A DNA stretch of 57,988 nucleotides from an uncultured Campylobacterales bacterium (lineage in GTDB: Bacteria; Campylobacterota; Campylobacteria; Campylobacterales; QNZT01), in contig CAYUSV010000001.1 in the NCBI GenBank assembly GCA_964447385.1, positions 1-57,988 on the forward strand, in the 5' to 3' direction. Position numbers and translations under genes: made by a program. Numbering within the stretch: the first letter of the stretch is position 1; each line of letters opens with the position of its first letter. Positions 17,012 through 26,054 of the stretch are shown in pieces. Below the pieces are notes generated by a model. It was not told where the DNA came from. It saw only the letters and a list, made by a program, of their open reading frames with translations, and did no database searches.

Positions 17012-18262
17012 ATGGTTGAAAATAGACTTTTTTTTAAAGATGAGGAGTCACATACAGAGGATATACAGACTCTATATGAAGCTCTTTTAGATGAATATGA
17101 AAATGATAGTGTTGGGTACTATTCGTTGGTAGATAGTAATGTTGAAGACATAAAAACATTTTGTGAAGAGTTTAATTTTGAAGATAGAGGAATTAAAAAT
17201 ATTGCAGTCCTTGGAATAGGTGGCTCTTCACTTGGTACAAAAGCCATTGATGCACTTTTAGAGCATACAAAAGAGCGGAATGATAAAAAGATGCTCTATT
17301 TTGAAAATGTAGATCCACTAGAGATAACAAAAAATTTAAAAGGTTTAAATTTAAAAGAGACTTTTTTTATAGTGATATCAAAATCAGGCTCTACAATTGA
17401 GACGACTTCACATCTAAAATATCTTTTGCACCATTTTGAGCTTTCACTCCAGAGTCAAGAGTTTAAAGAGCACTTTGCGCTTATCACAGATGAAAATTCA
17501 CCACTTGATAGTTTTGGAGAAAATTTAGGGTTACAGAGGTTTTATATTCCTGCCAATGTGGGGGGTCGTTTTTCAGTATTTTCCCCTGTGGGGCTTCTTC
17601 CTCTTTGTATTTTAGGTTATGATATTGAAAAATTGCTTGAGGGTGCAAGAGTGCTTAAAGAGTCATTTTTCAGTAAAAATGAGGATATATTGTGTCAAAA
17701 AGCACTTTTTTATGCAAAAGAGAGTGAAAATAAGCCCATCAATGTGCTTTTTTCATATTCGAGTGCATTTAAGTATTTTAACGATTGGTTTGTGCAACTT
17801 TGGGCTGAATCTCTTGGCAAAATTAACCGTGATGGAGTCAAGGTAGGACTTACACCTGTGGGACTTATAGGCTCAGTTGATCAGCACTCATTTTTGCAGC
17901 TTATTATAGATGGGGTTGATGATAAAACTGTAACCATGATAAAAATTAAAAATTTTGAAAATGATTTAACTATACCAGATATCTCTCTCCCCTCTCTTGA
18001 AAAAACAAATTTTATAAATAACTACTCTTTTGCCACTCTTATAAATGCCCAGTGTGATGCTACAATGCAGAGTATTTTAGATCAAGGAGTGAGCGTTGAT
18101 CTCATAGAGATAGATAGACTAGATACACTTAGTGCTGGATATATGATCTTTTATTATGAGTTATTAACTTCTCTTGTAGGTGTTTTGTTAAATGTAAACA
18201 GTTATGATCAACCGGGTGTAGAGCTTGGAAAAGTAATTTTGAAGAAGAAGTTTGAAAATTGA
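17012..18262 (+). CDS. pgi: glucose-6-phosphate isomerase (short bacterial/archaeal type)
   Basis: GIGGSSLG and ISKSGSTIETTS motifs of the SIS/PGI family. The ATG at 17012 lies 2 nt after the dapE stop (the track uses GTG at 17009). Confidence 0.85.
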   Translation: MVENRLFFKDEESHTEDIQTLYEALLDEYENDSVGYYSLVDSNVEDIKTFCEEFNFEDRGIKNIAVLGIGGSSLGTKAIDALLEHTKERNDKKMLYFENVDPLEITKNLKGLNLKETFFIVISKSGSTIETTSHLKYLLHHFELSLQSQEFKEHFALITDENSPLDSFGENLGLQRFYIPANVGGRFSVFSPVGLLPLCILGYDIEKLLEGARVLKESFFSKNEDILCQKALFYAKESENKPINVLFSYSSAFKYFNDWFVQLWAESLGKINRDGVKVGLTPVGLIGSVDQHSFLQLIIDGVDDKTVTMIKIKNFENDLTIPDISLPSLEKTNFINNYSFATLINAQCDATMQSILDQGVSVDLIEIDRLDTLSAGYMIFYYELLTSLVGVLLNVNSYDQPGVELGKVILKKKFEN

Positions 18263-19002
18263 GCCAAGAGTATGTAGTTTTTACTGATCTTGATGGCTCT
18301 TTATTAAATCATGAAGATTATAGTTTTGATGAAGCAAAGCCTATGCTTGATTTTATCAAAAAAAACGATATACCTCTTATTTTTAACACAAGTAAAACCA
18401 AAAAAGAGTGTGAAATACTCCAGGAGTTAATGGGGATTTCTGCTCCATTTATTGTCGAAAATGGAGCTTGTGTCTACTATCCAGATGGAGATTGTGAACT
18501 TTTGGGAATGGAGCATTGTCAAATTAAAAGTTTTGTAGATAGTGTCGCTTTGGAGTTTAGGATACTTCATTTTTCTGCTATGAGTATCGAAGAGATTATG
18601 GAGTATACACTTTTTACATATGAACAAGCACAACATGCAAAAAATAGAGACTTTTCTGAGCCATTTTTAATTTATGATGAGAGAAGGCTTACTGAGCTAG
18701 AGGTTATTGCCGAAAAAAAAGGTATGAAGATCTTAAAAGGTGGTCGTTTTTATCACTGTGTTGGTATAAATCAAGACAAAGGTGAGGCTGTAAAAAAAGC
18801 ACAAAAACACTATCCAGGTAGAGTTACGATTGGATTGGGTGATAACTATAATGATGTGGCCATGTTAAGAGTAGTAAATACTGCTGTACTTATCCCTCAT
18901 CATGAGGGAAAATATATAGATTTTGAGATAAAAAATCTTATAAAAGCTCCATATAAAGGTAGTCTTGGCTGGAATAGTGCATTAAAAGATATACTCTTAT
19001 GA
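18259..19002 (+). CDS. gpgP: HAD-IIB glucosyl/mannosyl-3-phosphoglycerate phosphatase
   Basis: 247 aa with HAD motif I, FTDLDGSLL, at residues 8-16 and motif IV, GDNYNDVAML (YedP/MpgP-type). The TTG start overlaps the pgi stop (ATTGA). No in-frame ATG precedes motif I. The glucosyl assignment comes from context with gpgS. Confidence 0.7.
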   Translation: MSQEYVVFTDLDGSLLNHEDYSFDEAKPMLDFIKKNDIPLIFNTSKTKKECEILQELMGISAPFIVENGACVYYPDGDCELLGMEHCQIKSFVDSVALEFRILHFSAMSIEEIMEYTLFTYEQAQHAKNRDFSEPFLIYDERRLTELEVIAEKKGMKILKGGRFYHCVGINQDKGEAVKKAQKHYPGRVTIGLGDNYNDVAMLRVVNTAVLIPHHEGKYIDFEIKNLIKAPYKGSLGWNSALKDILL

Positions 19003-20225
19003 GAGAAAAAAAAGATATAAAAGAGATTTTTCAAGTTGCTATAAAGTCAGTAATGCCACAAAATATAATTAAAAATAGTTCATATTTGGATATATTAAGT
19101 GAACGAAAATTTCACCTTTTTGGATCAGGGAAAGCCTCTGTGGAGATGGCAAAAACTATAAAAGAGCTTGTTGGTGAAAATATTATTGATGGTTTTATTG
19201 TAACACCTTATGAAGATGAGGATTTAGAGGGAGTTAAAGTTTTTAAGAGCACTCATCCTTTGCCATCAAAAAAGAGTATAGAAGCAGCAAATGAGCTTTT
19301 AAAAAGATTTTCCACTCTTAAAGAGGATGATTTTTTTGTCTATCTACTCTCAGGTGGAAGTTCTGCTCTGATAGAGCTACCTATCGATGCTCTCTCTTTG
19401 GATGATATGATAAAAACAACTAATCTTCTTCTTCAAAACTCTGTATCTATTAGTGAGATTAATATAGTTCGAAAACATCTATCACTTATCAAAGGAGGGC
19501 GCTTAGCTAAAGCTACAAAAGCTAAAGGAGTTGTTCTTGTTATAAGTGATGTAATAGGTGATGATTTAGAAGCGATTGGTTCAGCGCCACTATATTGTGA
19601 TAGTTCAACTCTAAAAGATGCAAAAAATATATTGAAAAAATATGATATTTTTAATAAAGTTCCAAAAAGTGTACAAAAAGTTTTGGAATTTCAAAACTAT
19701 GAAAGTCCAAAAAATATCAATAAAAATATAGAGCACAAGATAATAGCAAACAATAAAAAAGCATTAGAATCAGCAAAAGATTTTGCTTTGAGTTTAGGTT
19801 ATAGTTGCGATATTGTAACCGATTCATTGCAAGGAGATGTTACAATAGTTGCAAAACAGATAACTCAAGCTATTTTAGAAAGTGATAAAGAGGTGCTTAT
19901 CTTTGGCGGTGAGCCTACGGTTGAAGTTCTAGGCAGTGGTAAAGGTGGTAGAAACCAAGAGCTCTGTTTACATGTTTTAAAAGAGATTAAAAATCATAAA
20001 AATATTACATTTTTAAGTGGAGGTAGTGATGGAATTGATGGCAATACTGAAGTAGCAGGTGGTATTGTTGATTTTAAATCTTATCGTGATGATATAGATG
20101 ATTTTTTGCAAAATAGCGACTCTTATCACTTTTTAAAACGAAATGGTGATCTGTTAGTTACAGGAGCTAGTGGAACAAATGTGATGGATATTATGATAGC
20201 AATTAAAGGAGTAAAAAATGTCTGA
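18999..20225 (+). CDS. glycerate kinase (MOFRL / DUF4147 family, glycerate 2-kinase type)
   Basis: 408 aa with the C-terminal MOFRL block IFGGEPTVEVLGSGKGGRNQE and GGSDGIDG. Its start overlaps the gpgP stop. Confidence 0.75.
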   Translation: MREKKDIKEIFQVAIKSVMPQNIIKNSSYLDILSERKFHLFGSGKASVEMAKTIKELVGENIIDGFIVTPYEDEDLEGVKVFKSTHPLPSKKSIEAANELLKRFSTLKEDDFFVYLLSGGSSALIELPIDALSLDDMIKTTNLLLQNSVSISEINIVRKHLSLIKGGRLAKATKAKGVVLVISDVIGDDLEAIGSAPLYCDSSTLKDAKNILKKYDIFNKVPKSVQKVLEFQNYESPKNINKNIEHKIIANNKKALESAKDFALSLGYSCDIVTDSLQGDVTIVAKQITQAILESDKEVLIFGGEPTVEVLGSGKGGRNQELCLHVLKEIKNHKNITFLSGGSDGIDGNTEVAGGIVDFKSYRDDIDDFLQNSDSYHFLKRNGDLLVTGASGTNVMDIMIAIKGVKNV

Positions 20226-21444
20226 TTTTTTTCAAAATGGTGTCATAACAACTATACCAAGATTAGGAAATAGAACTATTGAAAACATGGAAGATGAGCT
20301 TATAAAACTCTCAAAGCGAAGAAACATGGTACTTCTTTTACCAGCGTTATATAGTGAATTTCAGACACCTGCTATGAAAAATATAGTTAATGAACTTAAA
20401 AAAATAGACTATCTTTATAAAATTGTTTTAGGATTAGATGCAGCAAATGAGGCACAATTTAAAGAAGTTAAAAAGATTATGTCTGAAATTCCGACACCAG
20501 TTGATGTAATCTGGAATGATAGTCCTAGAGTTATGGCTTTGAAAGAGGAGTTAACCAATGCAGGTTTTCAAAGTGTTGATATCAAAGGTAAAGGGCTCAA
20601 TGTTTGGATGATGATAGGTTATGTGCTTTCAGACCAAGATGCATTTGCTATAGCTTTACACGATTGTGATATTGTTAATTACACAAGAGAGATACCGGCA
20701 AGGCTTTTTTATCCTATTGTTCATCCTGCTTTTGATTATGAGTTTAACAAAGGGTACTACTCAAGAGTCACCGATAGGTTGCATGGAAGGGCTACAAGAC
20801 TTTTTTATACACCACTTATAAAATCTCTTGAAAAAGTATTTGGCAAGAGTCGTTATCTTGATTATATGAATAGTTTTAGATATGCACTCTCCGGTGAATT
20901 TGCACTTGTACGAAGTTTAGCTCGCGGAATTAGAATCTCTCCTACTTGGGGATTAGAAGTCTCTACTCTTGGTGAAGTTTACCACAACACATCAAAAAAG
21001 CGGATTTGTCAATCAGAAATCATGGAAACTTATGAGCATAAACATCGAAATTTGGGTTGTGAAGCAGGTGGAGGAGTTTCTAAAATGACAAAAGAGATTG
21101 CAGAGACTATCTTTCGTATCATGTCACAAAATGGAGTCACTTTTTCAAATTCAAAATTCAAATCGCTTTTGGCAACATATTTTGAAGAGTCTCGTCATGC
21201 TATAACACAATATAGCTCTATTTCAGAGGTGAATGGATTGGAGTATAATAGACAAGATGAGATTGCAGCGATTGTTGAGTTTACTGACTCTTTGGGACTT
21301 GCAAATGAAGATTTTAATGAAAACCCTATGGGTGTACCAGCACTTTCGGCTTGGACTGCTGTAAGATCAGTTTTGCCACACTTTACTTATCAATTTAAAG
21401 AAGCAGTTATGTTAGATAGAGATGAGCTATGCGAAATAGGTTAG
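20218..21444 (+). CDS. gpgS: glucosyl-3-phosphoglycerate synthase-type GT-A glycosyltransferase
   Basis: 408 aa with the N-terminal FFQNGVITT block and a DxD motif (HDCDIV), as in the ~400-aa GpgS/MpgS-like retaining glycosyltransferases. It is flanked by the phosphatase and the GG phosphorylase. Sugar specificity is inferred from galU and the phosphorylase context, not proven. Confidence 0.65.
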   Translation: MSDFFQNGVITTIPRLGNRTIENMEDELIKLSKRRNMVLLLPALYSEFQTPAMKNIVNELKKIDYLYKIVLGLDAANEAQFKEVKKIMSEIPTPVDVIWNDSPRVMALKEELTNAGFQSVDIKGKGLNVWMMIGYVLSDQDAFAIALHDCDIVNYTREIPARLFYPIVHPAFDYEFNKGYYSRVTDRLHGRATRLFYTPLIKSLEKVFGKSRYLDYMNSFRYALSGEFALVRSLARGIRISPTWGLEVSTLGEVYHNTSKKRICQSEIMETYEHKHRNLGCEAGGGVSKMTKEIAETIFRIMSQNGVTFSNSKFKSLLATYFEESRHAITQYSSISEVNGLEYNRQDEIAAIVEFTDSLGLANEDFNENPMGVPALSAWTAVRSVLPHFTYQFKEAVMLDRDELCEIG

Positions 21445-23120
21445 AAAAACTATACTCCAAAACTGATGTGCAAAAGGCTATTATAGAGCTTGAAAAACTT
21501 GAAAAAAAATATAAAAAGCTTATTGTTTCTAAACATTATGAGATGAGTGAAAAAGATGTTATTTTTATAACTTACGGGGATCAAGTTGTAAGACCAGCAC
21601 AAGAACCACTGGTGACGCTTAAATGTTTTTTAGATCTATTTGTCAAAGATATGATCTCTACAGTACATATTTTGCCATTTTATCCATACTCATCAGATGA
21701 TGGGTTTTCAGTGATAGATTATAAAGATGTCTCGCCTAGGATGGGCTCTTGGAAAGATATTTGGAGTTTGAGTAAAAATTATAGGCTTATGTTTGATGGA
21801 GTAATCAATCATATTTCACAGTACTCATATTGGTTTAAGAGCTTTTTGGCAAATGATGAGAAATATGCCAATTTTTTCATAGAAGTTGCCCCTGCGTCAG
21901 ATCTTTCAAAAGTTGTTCGACCAAGAACACTCCCTTTAATTCATGAATTTGAAGATATTGATGGTAAACTTCGTTATATTTGGACGACATTTTCTAAAGA
22001 TCAAGTTGATCTGAATTTTTCAAATTACAAAGTTTTAGTTGCTGTTTTAGATGCTCTTTTGTTTTATGTCTATAAAGGAGCTTCACTTCTTAGACTTGAT
22101 GCTATTGCATTTATCTATAAAGAGATAGGAACCTCATGTATACATCTACCACAAACGCATGAGTTGATACAGCTAATACGTGAAGTGATTCATAAAATTG
22201 CACCAGAGGTTATCCTCATAACTGAGACAAATGTACCTCATGATGAAAATATCTCCTATTTTGGAAACGGTAAAGATGAAGCACAGATGGTATATAACTT
22301 TGCTCTGCCACCTCTTATTGCCCACTCAATTTTAAAAGGTAACTCAAAAGCAATTACATCTTGGGCAAAAACACTATCTTTACCAAGTGACAAAGTCTGT
22401 TTTTTTAATTTTACAGCTAGTCATGATGGGTGTGGCGTGAGACCTGTTAAAGGGTTGATTAGTGATAATGAGTTGGATGATTTAGTAAAAAGTGTAGAGG
22501 ATAGGGGAGGTTTTGTCTCATATCGTTCAGTGAATGGCGGTGAAAAAACTCCATATGAGTTAAATGCAAGTTATATTGATATCATAGCTGACCCCAAAGA
22601 AGCGAGTAGCGTTAGAGTTAAGAAAATGATACTTTCACAAGCTATATCTTTAGCAATGCCTGGAGTTTGTGGTATCTATTTTCACTCACTTGTTGGGTCG
22701 CAAAGTGATATTGAAGGTGTCAAAAGAACAGGGGTTTTAAGATCTATCAACAGAGAAAAATTAAATTATGATAATTTGATAAAAGAGATAGTAGAGCCTG
22801 GAAATCTGCGCACAATGATATATAGAAGTCTCAAACAGTTGCTTTTTATTCGTAAAACCCAAAAAACCTTTAATCCATATGCAAAATTTTCGTTTTTAGA
22901 TTTGGGGTGTGAACTGTTTTGTATACGGAGATTTTCACTAGATGAGAAAGAGGAAATTTTAGCAATTCATAATTTTGCTGATAAAAGAGTAAAATGTACA
23001 CTTCCAGAGTTTGTTGCTGATAATGCATTGGAGCTTATTAAAAATAAAAAAATTGAGAAAAAAACTATAACTATAGAACCATATCAAGTTTTATGGATTA
23101 AATATGAAGGAAAAAAATGA
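21429..23120 (+). CDS. GH13_18 sucrose-phosphorylase-like enzyme, glucosylglycerate phosphorylase (YcjM-like) subgroup
   Basis: 563 aa with GH13 catalytic regions LLRLDAIAF (nucleophile Asp), ILITETN (acid/base Glu) and TASHDG. The long N-terminal extension ending in DVIFITYGDQ is as in YcjM-type proteins (~560 aa) rather than ~490-aa sucrose phosphorylases. Confidence 0.7.
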   Translation: MRNRLEKLYSKTDVQKAIIELEKLEKKYKKLIVSKHYEMSEKDVIFITYGDQVVRPAQEPLVTLKCFLDLFVKDMISTVHILPFYPYSSDDGFSVIDYKDVSPRMGSWKDIWSLSKNYRLMFDGVINHISQYSYWFKSFLANDEKYANFFIEVAPASDLSKVVRPRTLPLIHEFEDIDGKLRYIWTTFSKDQVDLNFSNYKVLVAVLDALLFYVYKGASLLRLDAIAFIYKEIGTSCIHLPQTHELIQLIREVIHKIAPEVILITETNVPHDENISYFGNGKDEAQMVYNFALPPLIAHSILKGNSKAITSWAKTLSLPSDKVCFFNFTASHDGCGVRPVKGLISDNELDDLVKSVEDRGGFVSYRSVNGGEKTPYELNASYIDIIADPKEASSVRVKKMILSQAISLAMPGVCGIYFHSLVGSQSDIEGVKRTGVLRSINREKLNYDNLIKEIVEPGNLRTMIYRSLKQLLFIRKTQKTFNPYAKFSFLDLGCELFCIRRFSLDEKEEILAIHNFADKRVKCTLPEFVADNALELIKNKKIEKKTITIEPYQVLWIKYEGKK

Positions 23121-23947
23121 TTAAAAAATGTCTATTCCCAGCAGCAGGATATGGAACTAGATTTTTACCAGTTACAAAAGCGATGCCAAAAGAGATGTTA
23201 CCAATTTTAACAAAGCCGTTAATTCAGTATGGTGTAGAAGAGGCTGTAGAAGCTGGTATGGATACGATGGCAGTTATTACAGGTAGAGGTAAAAGGGCAA
23301 TTGAGGATCATTTTGATATCTCTTATGAGCTTGAACATCAGATCAAAGGAACTTCAAAAGAGCCACTTTTAAATGAAATTAGAGATTTGATTGGAAAATG
23401 TACTTTTACCTATACTAGACAAATTAAGATGAAGGGGTTAGGTGATGCTATTTTAAAAGGAGAAGCTCTTATAGGAAATGAACCTTTTGCAGTTGTTTTA
23501 GCAGATGATCTTTGCATAAATCAAGAGGGTAAAGGTGTACTTGAACAGATGGTAAAACTTTATGAAAAGTACAAATGCTCAATTGTAGCTATCATGGAAG
23601 TACCACAGGATCAAATTTACAAATATGGTGTAATTGATGGAAAAGAGATTGAAGACGATGTTTATATGGTATCAAAAATGGTAGAAAAGCCAAAACCAAA
23701 AGAGGCACCTTCAAATTTGGCCATTATCGGTCGGTATATTTTAACGCCAGATATTTTTAATGTGATAAGAGATACAAAACCCGGAATTAACGGTGAGCTT
23801 CAAATTACTGATGCTTTGATGAATCTGGCTAAAAAAGGTATGGTGTTAGCTTATAAATTTAAAGGGCAAAGATTTGATTGTGGAAGTGTAGATGGATATG
23901 TAGAAGCGACAAACTATCTTTATAATTTGCAAAACAAAGAGCAGTAA
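23117..23947 (+). CDS. galU: UTP--glucose-1-phosphate uridylyltransferase
   Basis: 276 aa with the N-terminal PAAGYGTRFLPVTKAMPKEMLP signature. Its start overlaps the upstream stop. Confidence 0.9.
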   Translation: MIKKCLFPAAGYGTRFLPVTKAMPKEMLPILTKPLIQYGVEEAVEAGMDTMAVITGRGKRAIEDHFDISYELEHQIKGTSKEPLLNEIRDLIGKCTFTYTRQIKMKGLGDAILKGEALIGNEPFAVVLADDLCINQEGKGVLEQMVKLYEKYKCSIVAIMEVPQDQIYKYGVIDGKEIEDDVYMVSKMVEKPKPKEAPSNLAIIGRYILTPDIFNVIRDTKPGINGELQITDALMNLAKKGMVLAYKFKGQRFDCGSVDGYVEATNYLYNLQNKEQ

Positions 23948-23958
23948 AACTCTTTGTT
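23933..23958. terminator. weak hairpin between convergent galU and the OMP gene
   Basis: AACAAAGAG-(8 nt)-CTCTTTGTT: a 9-bp AT-rich stem spanning the galU stop. TTTT follows only on the minus strand. Its function is uncertain. Confidence 0.3.
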
Positions 23959-24490
23959 AAAACTTATATTCTGCTCCAAATGTTAGATGATTTATATCAT
24001 CTTCAATCTTTGTATAGTTTGAGTATAGAGCGTAATTTTGACCAAGTTGATATGATAACCCAATACCACCACTAAGTGCTACATCACCCTTGTCCGTTGG
24101 TGTAAGGGGATTTGCCGTGTCATTGATATTAATCGTAGACTTAATATTTTCATATACGATACCAATTCTTGGTTTAATGCTTAAATTATTGATTTTCCAG
24201 ATGTAAGCACCATAAAGACCAAGTGACCAAAAGTCAACATCTGATGTTCGCGTACCAATTTTACCCTCAGGTTTAACAACGCTCAAAGCACCTTCAACCT
24301 CTAGTGAAATATCGCTATAGAGGTTTCTACCAGCATTTAATACAACTGCTACACCCTGTCCATCATCGAAATACGGGTTATCGATGTCTTGCATAGCTAA
24401 TCCAACACTTACATAGTTAACATAATCCTCCGCATAACTTTGTGTAAGCACTGTTAAACTTATTAATAGCGCACTTATTGTTTTTTTCAC
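23957..24490 (-). CDS. small outer-membrane beta-barrel protein (OmpA-like/porin family)
   Basis: 177 aa with a GTG start after GAGGAG, a signal peptide, alternating amphipathic beta-strand pattern, and a C-terminal aromatic signature ...GAEYKF. Confidence 0.7.
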   Translation of the reverse strand: MKKTISALLISLTVLTQSYAEDYVNYVSVGLAMQDIDNPYFDDGQGVAVVLNAGRNLYSDISLEVEGALSVVKPEGKIGTRTSDVDFWSLGLYGAYIWKINNLSIKPRIGIVYENIKSTININDTANPLTPTDKGDVALSGGIGLSYQLGQNYALYSNYTKIEDDINHLTFGAEYKF

Positions 24491-24597
24491 AACAGACTCC
24501 TCTCATATCCTTTATGCTTGTATTGTATAATAATATCTTTAAAATAATATTTAATGCGTTATAATTTTGAATACTCTTAAGAAAAAAGGTTCGGACT

Positions 24598-24990
24598 ATG
24601 AAGACAGTTACAACAGATAAAGCACCCGCAGCTATTGGTCCATATTCTCAAGCAATTAAAGTTGGAAATATGGTTTATACATCAGGACAAATACCATTAA
24701 CTCCAGAGGGAGAGTTAGTTGAAGGTGATATACACGATCAAACAAGACAGATATTAATAAATCTACAAAATGTACTAGAAGCTTCTGATAGTTCTTTGCA
24801 ACATATCGTTAAGACAACTATATATTTGACTAACATGGATGATTTTATTGCTGTAAATACTGTTTATGCTGAATTTTTTGTAGGAAGTTATCCTGCTAGG
24901 AGTACGGTTGCTGTGAAAACATTACCTAAAAATGTACAAATTGAGATAGATGCAATTGCCGTAGTTACAGAACGAGAGTATTCGTTTTAA
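24598..24990 (+). CDS. ridA: RidA/YjgF family reactive-intermediate deaminase
   Basis: 130 aa with APAAIGPYSQA, SGQIP, PARSTV and IEIDAIA blocks. Confidence 0.85.
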   Translation: MKTVTTDKAPAAIGPYSQAIKVGNMVYTSGQIPLTPEGELVEGDIHDQTRQILINLQNVLEASDSSLQHIVKTTIYLTNMDDFIAVNTVYAEFFVGSYPARSTVAVKTLPKNVQIEIDAIAVVTEREYSF

Positions 24991-25052
24991 TCAAGGTTTA
25001 AATATGAATTGGCTAACATAGCGACTTAAAATTTAAAACAAGGACCAACAAG

Positions 25053-25358
25053 ATGTATGCAATCATCAAAAACGGTGGAAAGCAGTATAAAGTTCAAGAG
25101 GGCGATTACTTAAATCTAGACCTTATTGACGCTTCCCCGAAAGACAAAATAGTTGTCGAAGAAGTTCTAGCACTAAATGCTGGAGAGCTTAAAATTGGTA
25201 CGCCTTTCGTAGAAGGTGCAAAAGTTGAGCTTGAAGTTATAACTCACGGTAAAGATAAAAAGATAATTATCTTCAAAAAAAGAAGAAGAAAAGATTCTAA
25301 GCTGAAAAAAGGTTTTAGAAGAGAGTTCACAAGAGTTAAAGTTATAAAAGTGGCTTAG
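25053..25358 (+). CDS. rplU: 50S ribosomal protein L21
   Basis: 101 aa, [18 protein letters not shown]..., with a basic C-terminal half. Confidence 0.95.
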   Translation: MYAIIKNGGKQYKVQEGDYLNLDLIDASPKDKIVVEEVLALNAGELKIGTPFVEGAKVELEVITHGKDKKIIIFKKRRRKDSKLKKGFRREFTRVKVIKVA

Positions 25359-25363
25359 TTTCT

Positions 25364-25390
25364 AATTAGGAGGTTCACCTCCTAATTTTT
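25364..25390 (+). terminator. intrinsic terminator after rplU (also abuts the ahpC stop)
   Basis: AATTAGGAGG-TTCA-CCTCCTAATT: a 10-bp stem followed by a T-run (25386-25390). The ahpC stop codon (25391-25389, minus) touches it. Confidence 0.8.
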
Positions 25391-25985
25391 ATAAATCTTT
25401 TTCGTGTTTTGCTAAGTATTTGGCAACACCTTCAGTGCTAGCTTTCATACCTTCATCACCTTTGCTCCAACCAGCTGGACATACTTCTCCATGCTCATTT
25501 GTAAAAAGCATTGTATCTACCATTCTTATCATTTCATCGATATTTCTACCAAGTGGAAGATCGTTAATAACTGCATGTCTTACAGTACCATCAGCATCTA
25601 TCAAAAATGATCCACGAAGAGCTACTGACTCACCAAAAAGAACATCATAATCTTTTGAAATCTGTTTTGTAAGATCTGCAACAAGTGGGTATTTGACTCT
25701 TCCAATTCCACCTTGATCAACTGGTGTCTCTCTCCACGCAAAGTGTGAAAATTGACTATCAACTGAAACACCGATAACATTGATACCTCTACTTGTAAAG
25801 TCCTCTATTCTGTGCGAAAAAGCGATAATTTCCGAAGGACATACAAAAGTAAAATCAAGTGGATAGAAAAAAAGTACTGCACCTTTTTTACCTAAATTAT
25901 CCATAAGATTAAAATCCTCGACTATTGATCCATCTGCTAAAACAGCCGTTGCTGTAAAATCTGGAGCTTTATTTGTTACTAACAT
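25389..25985 (-). CDS. ahpC: typical 2-Cys peroxiredoxin (alkyl hydroperoxide reductase C / TsaA)
   Basis: 198 aa with the peroxidatic FYPLDFTFVCPSEI and the resolving EVCPAGW. Confidence 0.95.
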   Translation of the reverse strand: MLVTNKAPDFTATAVLADGSIVEDFNLMDNLGKKGAVLFFYPLDFTFVCPSEIIAFSHRIEDFTSRGINVIGVSVDSQFSHFAWRETPVDQGGIGRVKYPLVADLTKQISKDYDVLFGESVALRGSFLIDADGTVRHAVINDLPLGRNIDEMIRMVDTMLFTNEHGEVCPAGWSKGDEGMKASTEGVAKYLAKHEKDL

Positions 25986-26015
25986 ATATTAACCTTTTTT
26001 ATAAAATTTATTTGA

Positions 26016-26030
26016 GGATAAATATTATCC
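26016..26030. promoter_or_regulatory. Fur-family (Fur/PerR-like) 7-1-7 type box in the ahpC leader
   Basis: GGATAAATATTATCC has arms GGATAA/TTATCC and a 3-nt spacer. It matches 11 of 14 specified positions of the TGATAATnATTATCA Fur 7-1-7 consensus. It lies 31-45 nt upstream of the ahpC ATG and downstream of a TATAAT at 26055-26050 (minus). Confidence 0.45.
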
Positions 26031-26054
26031 AATGAAAGCTTAAAAACTTATTAT

